Assembly: GCA_963514005.1 (NCBI GenBank)
Contig: OY740818.1
Coordinates: forward strand, 14,880,001 to 14,944,000
Length of the DNA stretch: 64,000 nucleotides
Origin: Raja brachyura
Lineage: Eukaryota
Reading direction: 5' to 3'
The translations under genes were made by a program, and so were the position numbers. Below the pieces are notes generated by a model. It did not search any database and was not told the origin of the DNA. It saw nothing but the letters and a program-made list of their open reading frames with translations. Below are positions 24,601 to 36,600 of this stretch, piece after piece (positions within the stretch are counted from its first letter, which is position 1; each line of letters starts with the position of its first letter).

Positions 24601-27600
24601 TTTCGAACATCTCTGTGCAGATCATTTAGGAATCGCTCACCATCTGCTTGTGCCTAGTTGAAGAAAAAATACTTTAAATATCTGCACATTAAGAAAATGC
24701 TAGTTGGTTTTGCATTTCAAAATGTTTAGTTTAAGTAGTTTACTCGGAATAAAACTACTTGATAATGAGCTTGCAGAAATTCAATTTTAGTCTTCAGAAG
24801 GCAAAAGTAATGGAAGAATTAAAATTAAGGGTAGAGAATACATATAGTTGAATAGAACACAAACTGGGAATTAGTCAGCATGCTCAGGGTTAAATAGCCT
24901 GAGAAAGTAATAGAAGGCACAATTTATTCTAATGTTCAGATACCAATGCATTTATTGTCCTTGCTTCATTTATTGCTTTTTTTCATGACAACTGACATAA
25001 TTCATTCAACAATTAAAAAAAAAACAATATTCAATACAGGTTGTGTAATTAAATTATGGATGTAAAAAATGGATTGCCAATCCTTCAGCTGTCTCCAAGA
25101 ACAAATTATGGTTTCTCCAGAAAATTGCTGCAATGAACAAAGCAGGAACAAACTGGTGGGATAAAAGTCAATTGATCAAAAAACAATTATGTAATTGGTC
25201 AATATGTTTACTGACTTTTGATATGCTTTTTTTGGTAGGCACAATGGCAAAGAAAATTGAAGAAAATTAAAACAACAAGAAGTGGGAAAGCCAAATTAAA
25301 CAATGCAACATTAAACTGCCCCTTTCTTTACTTTAGGACAAGTTATAAACACAAGAATTGTGTCCTTTCTGCCATTGAAAAGGAACAAACAGTTCCCGAA
25401 AAGGTTTCACCATGGGAATGTTGATCATCAGTTTAAATCCCAAATTTTCAGCAAGCTCTTGCTGAATATCTCAGGAACAATATCAGTGAAGTTTATTGAA
25501 TAGTAGAATGACTACAGAGCACAAAAACCCCCCATCATATGGACATTATAAAAATAGTTATTTTAAGGTCATTCACAACCGAAAATAATTTTTAAAAGCA
25601 TATGAAATGCCAGGGAAAAAGTAAAAATAAATACAGAGAAGCAGGGATAAATCACTTGACTCCCATGTCTGCTGGCAATAAGATTGGGTTTTGGTGGCGA
25701 TTTAAAAAACTCTTCACTTGTTCTAATGCAAAGAGGCTCAGCAATCATCAGTGAAGCAGATGGAATTTTGTAGTGCAATCAGTCCTGGGTTACATTAACG
25801 GTTCCAATCCAGAGAATGATTTCTTCGCAAGCCAGGTCTTCATTTTTTATTGCTACCCATATCATATTGCTCTTGATGCACTTAATATTATTGCTTCATT
25901 TCATTTAATAGTCAACCTCACACTATCTATAATTAAACTATTGGAATATATACTGTATCTCATCATTAATGAATACTATTAAACGAAGCTCTTGGTTTCT
26001 TGGTCCTCCAAAATATTCCAAATGGAATTTAAACTGGAGGTGAAACACTAAAAATGTCCAAAAGACTTGTGCAAAAGTAAAAACTTGTGCAAAGTCAGAT
26101 TTTGTAAGTCAGCTTCTCTTAACCTGGGGAACCCTGTGGTTCCACATTACCGTTAACATTAGCTTTTTAATGGATAATTATTCAAATATTAAATTTTAAA
26201 TTATCTGGCTGTCAGGCCTTTGGATATCAATCCAATCGTTTAATTCTTCCACCACACCAAACGTTAAAAACTAAGCCACTTCAGTGGTCATGGTCTGCAG
26301 TAACATGCAGGTCTGAAAGAAACAATTCTTCCCCTCAGTGAGCTTCATCCACATGTATGACAATCTGGTAGCAGTGTCATATGGCAGATCACAATTATAC
26401 ATTTCCCAATTGCTGCGGCAGGATTTACACTTGTGCAACACACATCACATTGCCAACGAGCAATTTAAACTATGTGATAATCTAGTACAATGATGAGAGC
26501 ATGACAGTATATACACTGTACTGAACAAAAGAGGCAACTGGAATTCCAAACTGTTCGCTAACTCTCAAGACCCATAACATTTCTCAAAAAAACACCTATT
26601 TAACTTTTCCCGGCAATCTCTTAATACAAGATGAGAGTTATATCAATGAAAGTTCTTGCTAGTTGGAAGCCGACATGGTGTGGCCTAGAAAGCCTAGGCT
26701 GTATTAATTCCATTCCGACAGGGTGGCTAAAATGATCCAAATCCCACTGCATGCTTGTGGGTTTGCTCAGTGTTTTCAAAACGCAATAACGTTCTCTCTC
26801 TTTACAGGCAGCTCAATAATCAAGCAGTGGGTACAGATTCTCACCGACACAGAGGGAAAGCTAAATGCTTTGGCTGTTTGTGGCATTATTTATGTAAGAG
26901 CAAACCCTGGTCAAGCAAATAACAGCAGAAAATTCCCAAAGGGAATAAGGGTTTGAACCCTTCAATTAACCTTGGGTGCAACAACTTTGGAAAGAGCTTG
27001 CAAGGGCTTTGAAATGGAAACTACCCACAGCTGTTTAATCCAATCAGCAGTACGACAGGTACAACCTGCACAAAATACGCCACAGGAATCTGAATTCCAC
27101 AGGCACAATAGACCTAGATGTTTATAGAAAAATGTATATTTTTGCTCTCAAATGCTAAATTTAAAAAAAAAACATTCATGTTGCAGTTTTTTTTCCCCAA
27201 GTAATGCATCTCCAAATTAGACCTTCACACCAGTTATCTTTTAATAGGCGAGCGTATTACTTGTGACGTGAAGAGTGCATGTTTCTCAGAAAAGTTTGAT
27301 AATTTTACATTCTCTTAATACAAGATGAGAGCTACACCAAGCCTTTGAATGAGAGCTGCAAAATGTCTCTGTAACTACAGTAATCTGACAAACATTACCT
27401 GGAAGTATGTGTATTTGTAAATGGAACCTCCCGTCTGATACGTAACCAGTCCCAAGGTTGCCACATCAACATATTGATTAGGGAATAGGAAGAGATCCAC
27501 ACAGCAGCCTTGTGCCACACACTCCTTGGCCAGATTATTGTAAAAGCTGGTCTGAGGTTGAAACAGTGTCTGCAATAAAGAAATACATACAAACAATATA

Positions 27601-30600
27601 AACATTGTGTTGATGTTGAAAAGTGGAAAAAGTGATAAAGTAGCATATGTTTGGAGTTAACATTTCAGATCAAACAATTAAAGATAAAACGCAAACAGAA
27701 GGAGGTGGGGAGAAAACAAAAACATCTGTGATGAAACAAGGGGCAGAAGGGATACTAGGACAAAAGACAGCAAAAGAAAAGCAGAAGACCAGACTGATTC
27801 CTGGGATGTCAGGACTTTCATATGAGGAAAGACTGGATAGACTCGGCTTGTACTCGCTGGAATTTAGAAGATTGAGGGGGGATCTTATAGAAACTTACAA
27901 AATTCTTAAGGGGTTGGACAAGCTAGATGCTGGAAGATTGTTCCCGATGTTTGGGGAGTCCAGAACAAGGAGTCACAGTCTAAGGATAAGGGGGAATTCC
28001 TTTAGGATCGAGGTGAGGAAAACATTCTTTACACAGAGAGTGGTGAGTCTCTGGAATTCTCTGCCACAGAAGGTAGTTGAGGCCAGTTCATTGGCTATAT
28101 TTAAGAGGGCGTTAGATGTGGCACTTGTGGCTAAAGGGATCAGGGGGTATGGAGAGAAGGCAGGTATACTGAGTTGGATGATCAGCCATGATCACATTGA
28201 ATGGTGGTGCGGGCTCGAAGGGCCGAATGGCCTACTCCTGCACCTATTTTTCTATGTTTCTATGTTTTATAAAATGCAATCTGGGCATTTTAAAGAGATT
28301 AATAACGACCAAGGAATATGGAGTCAGTAAAGATTGCCAGAAATTCTGATTATCCGCAATCATTTTCTCAATGTCATGGCTGTCATATGCTGAGTCGGAA
28401 AGTGAGGCACAGTTCATTAAGCTTACATTGATTGAAAGGAGAAAGCAGAGTGGCAACGAGATTGATAAGTGTCTTACCACTCCTGTAAAAACAGGAATTT
28501 CAGTTCTTTTAACATTTTTAGGCACCTTTTGACAAAATTATATTGAAGCCTGAAACCTTAAAAACCCGATCCTTCAGAGGTATTTGAATCTGCCTTTCCC
28601 CAGCCGAATGCTGATTCAGCGTCCTCATTGATCCAGATACTCAAAGAACAAATGTTTTAATAAACTGTCAGAAAACACACTGTTCTTCAAATACCACCGC
28701 ATCAGAAACAATTAACGTCAAATAATGTGAACTATTCTTTAAGAGTATCCTAAAACCTTTTCTTTGTCGGTGTTGATTAGCTTCTTGTCATCTCTATTCT
28801 TTAGCTTTCCAGGCGCTTCAGCAAGAGGCAAGGTGGAGTGGAATATGAACAGTTTGCCAGCACATTCAGCTGCCTGCAAATACAAAATGTCATCAGCACC
28901 TTATTAATCAGTGGACTGAAGGATCTCGACCAAGACATCACCTAGACAAGGTCCCACATAAGAGATTAGTATACAAACTTAAAGCACACGGTATTGGCGG
29001 TTCAGTATTGATGTGGATAGAGAACTGTCTGGCAGACAGGAAGCAACAGGTAGGAGTAAACGGGTCCTTTTCAGAATGGCAGACAGTGATTAGTGGGGTA
29101 CCGCAAGGCTCAGTACTTCGACCCCAGCTATTTACAATATATATTAATGATTTGGACGAGGGAATTGAATGCAACATCTCCAAGTTTGCGGATGACATGA
29201 AGCTGGGCGGCAGTGTTAGGTGTGAGGAGGATGCTAGGAGGCTGCAAGGTGACTTGGATAGGCTGGGTGAGTGGGCAAATGCATGGCAAATGCAGTATAA
29301 TGTGGATAAATGTGAGGTTATCCACTTTGGTGGCAAAAACAGAAGGGTAGACTATTATCTGAATGGTAGCAGATTAGGAAAAGGGGAGATGCAACGAGAC
29401 CTGGGTGTCATGGTACACCAGTCATTGAAAGTAGGCATGCAGGTGCAGCAGGCAGTGAAGAAAGCAAATGGTATGTTAGCATTCATAGCAAAAGGATTTG
29501 AGTATAGAAGCAGGGAGGTTCTACTGCAGTTGTACAGGGTTTTGGTGAGACCACACCTGGAGTATTGCATACAGTTTTGGTCTCCAAATCCGAGGAAAGA
29601 CATTCTTGCCATAGAGGGGGTACAGAAAAGGTTCACCAGACTAATTCCTGAGATGTCAGGACTTTCATATGAGGAAAGACTGGATAGACTCTGCTTGTAC
29701 TCGCTAGAATTTAGAAGATTGAAATATTATAGAATCTTATAGAAACGTACAAAATTCTTAAGGGGTTGGACAGGCTAGATGCAGGAAGATTGTTCCCGAT
29801 GTCCAGAACAAGGGGTCACAGTTTAAGGATAAGAGGGAATTCCTTTAGGACTGAGATGAGGAAAACATTTTTCATACGGAGAGTGGTGAGTCTCTGGAAT
29901 TCTCTGCCACAGAAGGCAGTTGAGGCCAGTTTATTGGCTATATTTAAGAGGGAGTTAGATGTGGCTCTTGTGGCTAAAGGGATCAGGGGGTATGGAGAGA
30001 AGGCAGGTACAGGATACTGAGTTGAATGATCAGCCATGATCATATTGAATGGCGGTGCAGGCTCGAAGGGCCGAATGGCCTACTCCTGCACCTATTTTCT
30101 ATGTTTCTATTCCTTCTCTCCAGAGATGCTGCATTTCCTGCTGAGTTACTCCAGCTTTTTGTGTCTACGTGAGATATTCCACTCGATTTGCTACCGAAAT
30201 GCAGATTCTGATGTGGATATAAAAGGGAGACTTACCTTGAGGGCTTCCAGGCCAGCTTGAATAACAGGTCCAAAAACTGTCTCAGTTTCTCTGGTATCAC
30301 CAAACATTTCAGGAATCTGTTCTAATAAACTGAAAATAATAAATGGCATTATTAATTTGGTTTTACTTTCAGCCAATCAGCAAGACTGCAATTCAGTTAC
30401 ATTAACTGTACTATGGAAATTCAATTGTCAATACCAAGGTTGAACCAAACATATTTGCTCTTTTGCATTTTGAGCTGTTAAGTCATTTAATTTTAAGGTA
30501 CAACGATCTGGTTTTGATCATGCAATTCAAAGGTCACTGATGCAAACTGCACAACGGCAAATGATAAAATCAAACTCTATGCCGAGAATTCATCAAAAGC

Positions 30601-33600
30601 AGTCTTAAAATCCGGGCAACTGAAAATGAATTCCTATCCATGCTGCAGGATTGGAGCAGCCACAGAATGAAGGGACAGCAGCTATAACTCAGCAACTGCA
30701 AGCCCCGACAGCTCCCAAAAGGGTGTACCCGTTTTCATTTGGCACAGCAACCGGGGAATCCTGCACGCCACGGTTACTCCCCTTTGTCCCAGTCACCCAC
30801 CTTTGCTCCAAAGTATCACATTTCAGATCTTTTGACTCATAAATGTCAGCTCACGATTACAATTACCCCAATATCATAGGAACAGCCTTCGTAATTTCGC
30901 AGAGTTCATGATGCAGTGAAATTATCACTCAAAATCTTACACTAGCATATTCTGCCGTGTAATATTTTTGTAAGTAGTTGCAAATAGTTTCTAACATGAC
31001 ATCATAACATCCTCACAAGATGGGTTTCTTACCTGTTTATCACAGCCCGTGACTCATGCACATTGACCAGGAATCCATCAAGCAAGGGCACAAACATGTC
31101 AGCTACATCAGACACCACCATCATTTGTGGCTGAGCCAACGTGCTCTTAACATTGTAAAAATGTAAAACTTTGTTATATGTTACAAAGCCAACCCTTATT
31201 GCAGATTCTTCTGCATTGCCCTCCCTAGAAGAGAAACAAGAAATTCAAACACACTCATTTTTTTAGCACGAAGTTTGAAATTGCAAAGGCCCCTAGTGTA
31301 ATGCCTTAAATGTACTCTATGCTTGAATATGGGTAACACACAGGTTATAATAATGGTCACAAAGTAATATTAATACAGATGAGACTTCCAAACAGGCAGA
31401 AAAAAAGTGCAACATGGTGAATAATTTAGGATTGAAGGGAAATATGATGCTGTGTCTCCGAGGGGTACATAAAACATTTAGGTGTGTTGGAAGGAACTGA
31501 CGTTGGTTCAAAACAAAGATGGACACAAAATGCTGGAGTAACACAACGGGACAGGCAGCATCTCTGGAGAGAAGAAATGGGTGACATTTTGGGTAGAGAA
31601 GAAGTCGGGTGGGGTCTGAAGAAGGGTCGCGACCCGGAACGTCACCAATTCTTTCTCTCCAGAGATGTTGCCTGCCCCGCTGAGGTACTCCAGCATTTTG
31701 TGACTATCTTCAAGAAACATTTAATCTGGTAGCATCTGTGGAAGCATGGACAGGGCTGGAACCCTTTTGGCCAGGAATCCTTCTTCAGTCTAAAGGAGGA
31801 TCTCGACCTGAAACATCACCTGTTCATTGCCTCCTCAGATGCTGCTCTATATGCTGAATTCCTCCTGTACCATGTTTTGCTTAAGATTTCAGCATCTGCA
31901 GTTCCTTGTGTCTTCATTTTTATATATTAGTTGTCTCAGTCTGCACACCACACAAGAAAAAGGGCGGAGATTTATCATCATATCAGGGAAACTGCAAAAA
32001 TGAGGTTGCTCACTTTAAAAGATTAATAAAATAATTTTATTTTTAAAAGTGTTTAGTAGAATGGATGGTATCTTTCAGCAGGTCTTTTAGTTAGACTTTC
32101 TTGATGAGAAAATGTAGAGAATCAATAGTGACAGCAATTTCCCTTTATGCAGAATCGGCAAAATGATCTTACCTTGGAAGGAAATCCAACAGAGTTTTAA
32201 GCTCCTCACATAATAGGTGAACCAGCCCACTTTTCAGTGCATTGTAGGATACATCGATCATAAAGATGAAAGCAGGTGGATTAGGAAATTTATTATTCTG
32301 TAAAATAAACCATTTTTAAGTTACAATTGAAGACGCCCATTTCAGCAAAACCCGTTGCATCTGTATAGGCAAACACTGCAGAGACTGAAGTGCTTCATGT
32401 ATATTAGAGCTGCACAATTATGATTACTGTCTGCAATAGAAAGACTAAAAATGGGGACAAACAAACTTCATGACAAGGTTCTGCTGAAGCTATACCCGTA
32501 TGGGTACGCCCTGATTTTTATCTTGACAAAACAGGAATAAATTTTAAAAACAAGCAATATCTCTGTCTTCTCACTCCCATAAAGCCACCCACAATGGAAT
32601 GCTTGACAATGGTAGGCATACCAGCAGAAAAGCATTGGAACATGTTAATAAATTGCCATGTTGCAGCTTTGGCTTTGAGCCCCTTTTATCCAAATACATA
32701 AATGGACATTGAAATGAGTATGAAGAAACTGAAGATGCTGGTGTAAACAAAGGATAGACACAAAATGCTGGAGTAACTCAGCAGATCAGGCAGTATCACT
32801 GGAGGTTCAGACTGACGTCAGGGGGAGAGAGATAGATAAATAAGGAAGTGTGAAGGTTTGAAAGCAGGGCAAAAAGAATGGAGATCAAGAAAAATGTAGA
32901 ATAGATTTTTGTTAGCTGGGAGAAGGTTACAACAAAGCAAACAGATAAAATATAGTCGGAGAACTGGGAAGGGGGGGGGGGGATGGAGAGAGGGGGAAAG
33001 CAAGGGTTTCTTGAAGTTACAGAAGTCAATGTTCATACCGCTGGGGTGTAAGCTGTTCAAGCAAAATATGAGGTGCTGTTCTGCCAATATGTGCTGGGCC
33101 CCACTGACAATGGAAACGACCCAGGACAGAAAGGTCAATGGTGAGACACAAAATTTCTCTATCTATAGAGAAATGGGTGAGGATTCTTCAATTAGTCAAT
33201 ATCTCTCCAATGTGTGCAAGACACACTCTGATATAATTCAAGGTGGTTCACAGAGTTCATATGTCAAAAGATAAGTTAGCTTGTTTTTATGCTGCTATAA
33301 ATCCAACTTGTGACAGATGTAACTCTGAAGTGGCCTCACTGACCCATATGTTTTGGTCCAGCCCACTTCTGGAAAAATATTGGAAAGACATTTTTGATAC
33401 TATTTCTGTAGACAACCTCATCCTATTACTGCAATTTTTGGGCTACCAATGTTAGAATCTATTCATTTGTCACGTTCCGCCCATCGGTTGATTGCTTTTA
33501 CCACATTAATCGTCAGAAGATCTATTTTATTTAAATGGAAAGACTCCAACCCTCCGACCACACTCCATTGGTACTCTGAAACAATATCATGTTTAAATTT

Positions 33601-36600
33601 AGAAAAAAATCAGGAGTGAATTTGTTGAATCGTCGGTTAAATTTGATAAGACTTGGGGAAAATTTATTCAACACTTTCACACAACATAAATTGCTCCCTC
33701 TCCAACCGTTATAACAAAATATTTTACCTCTATATGGTGGAACGGACTTGACGACAAACAGACTTAAATTGTTGAAATTCTCAGCTCAGATTCTGTTTTT
33801 TTTCTTCTTTAGTTTGGGAGGGGGTTTGTTTTTTCCTTTTTATTTTTCTCTTTTTAGCTTTGTGTTTTTTTCTACATATATAAGCTTTCTTTTAAACTAC
33901 ATAATCTATATTCAATGTGTATTTTGACACTGAACATATTTAGGTTATACCTGCTATTAATCTAATCCTGATCCCTATGTATCAAAACCATTGTTATGTT
34001 TATCATTATTCTTTTTGTTTTGTTTTTGTTTTTTGGAAAAAAAACTAATAAAAAGATTTTAAAAGAAAGAAAAAGCTGGAGTAACTCGGCAGGATAGGCA
34101 GCAACTCTGGAGAGAAGGAATGGGTGGCGTTTCAGGTCGAGACCCTTTGGGAATGGGAGGGGGAGTTAAAGTGTGAGCAACCGGGAGATCAGGTAGGTTA
34201 AGAAGGACTGAGTGGTGGTGTTCAGCAAAACGATTGCCGAGCCTGCACTTGGTCTCACCGATGTACAGGAGTTGACACCTGGAACAGTGGATACCATAGA
34301 TGAGGTTGGAGGAGGTGCAAGTGAATCACTGGCTCACCTGAGAAGACTGTCCGGGTCCTTGGATGGAGTCGAGGTGAGAAGTAAAAGGAAAGGTGTTGCA
34401 TCTCCTGCAGTTGCAGGGGAAAGTACCTGGGGAGGTCATAGTTGACCAGGGAGTTGCAGAGGGAACGGTCTCTGCGGAAAGCCACTTTCCATCTCCACCC
34501 CTCTCTGCTTTCTGCAGAGACCATTGCCTCCGCAAATCCATGGTCAACACGTCCCTTCCCACTCAAACCACCCCCCATCCAGCTACTTTCCCCAGCAACC
34601 GCAGGAGATGCAACGCCTGTCCCATCACCTCCCCCCTCGACTCCATCCAAGAGCTCCGACTGTCTTTTCAGGTGAGGAAGAAGTTCACTTGCAGCTCCTC
34701 CAACCTCATCTACTGTATCCACTGTTCCATCGGTGAGACCAGGCACAGGCTCTACGATCATTTCACTGAACACCTCCGCTCAATCCGCATTAAGCTGTCT
34801 GATCTCACGGTTGCTCAACACTTTAACTCCCCCTCCCATTCCCAATCTCACCTTTCTGTTCTGGGCCTCCTCCATTGTCAGAGTGAGGCCCAGTGCAAAT
34901 TGGAGGAAAAGCACCTCATATTTTGATTGGGTAGCTTACACCCCAGCGATATGAACATTAACTCATCTAACTTCAAATAGCCATTACTTTCCCAATCTCC
35001 ACATCCCCTCCCCCTTCCCAGTTCTCCCACCTGTCTTACTGTCTCCGACTACATTCTATCTCTGTCCCGCCTACTCCCATGACATTAGACTGAAAAAGGG
35101 TCTAAACCCGAAACGTCACTCATTCCTTCTCTCCAGAGATGCTGCCTGTCCCCCCGAGTTACTCCAGCATTTTGTGCCTATCTTCGATTTAAACCAGCAT
35201 CTGCAATTCTTTCCTACACATTTAATTCTTTCCTGATTGGACTTGGTTTGTTACCCATCAATATTAAATGGCACAAAAAGCAAAAAGACAAGAAGTTACA
35301 AGTAGAAATGTAGTTACCCACATCAATTAAATTGACGTATTATTTAAAGCCATGGGGTGCAATTTGGAAAGCTTGGATTAGATCTGCCGAACAGGTATTT
35401 ATGCAAATCAAACCCATAATTTAAAATTTTACTCCAATGATAGGGGTTTGCAGATTAAGAAATAGGTAACATATATGAAATACCTTGCAGTAGTCTACAG
35501 TGGCTAAAAATTCATAGGAACCAAGTGACAGTTCTGGTCGATCGTAGTAGTCCATTCGCTTGCCGGTGTGATCCAAATGTTGGAAATAGTGAGGCAGTAC
35601 TGAGGATGGAGAAACAGGAGTTACAATGTGCTATTGGGTATGCTAGAGAGGTAGGATGGGAACCAAGACAAGCCATTCACATTACAATAAACCTTAAAGT
35701 GCTTGTCACTAAAAACGTACAATTTCAATTTAATAACAAATCAAATATCTTGCAGGACAAGTAGTTAAAGGTCCTGAACAAAGGTTGAGAAATGTATACA
35801 TATGCCCTTAATAGCTACTGTGTCAATAGGCAAGACTTAGAAGGAGGGCATATAATCTCCAACATGTTCAGATGTTAGTATTAACATGGTGCTACACTCT
35901 GCAATTTCATTCTATTTTTTCATGGGAACATTATATGAGGGAGACATAATTTGAGCAAAAAAATATGGCTCTCATTCTAGGAGAATTACCTTCTGTGACA
36001 CAACTGCAAAATGCACATTGGAATCTCCGCCCTCCTTCAATAAACTGCATGTAAGGACACATGTAGGCCTTGCACCTATTGCACCGTATAGGGCCAGTCT
36101 CTCCATGATCTACGATGAAAGGGTGTGCCTGCAATTTGAACAAAAATAAAAAGAACTTCAGTACAGTTCCACAACTAACGCTTCAGCAAATGAAAGACAT
36201 TTCAATAAAATACTTTAAAAACTGCATCAACCTGGAAATAATTTGCATTGGACTACACAAACCCTTTTTATAGTATAATTTAAAGTAAGCCTATTTATAT
36301 TGCACCTTTTACGTTCACTCCTTCCTTTTCTGTGCAATTGCATCCTTATATATTTAAACAAGTCAGCCATTTTGTTGATAACAAGATCATTATTTTGGGT
36401 GGCGTTGTTTAGGGATAACAGGTAACCAGTATACCACGATAATTTCCAAACTCATCAAATTGTACAATTGATCATGACGCCATGACAGATCATGAACAAC
36501 CATACAGGACAGAGGAACCTCAGTTTAACAACTAAACTGCAAGACCCCACCTCTTCTGTACCACCGTGATCATCGAACGAAACAAGTCCAGTCACGGATA

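Noticed and set aside
27647-28330. 227-aa ORF as a host gene
   Set aside because: It is a CR1 ORF2 3' fragment read through from intron sequence.
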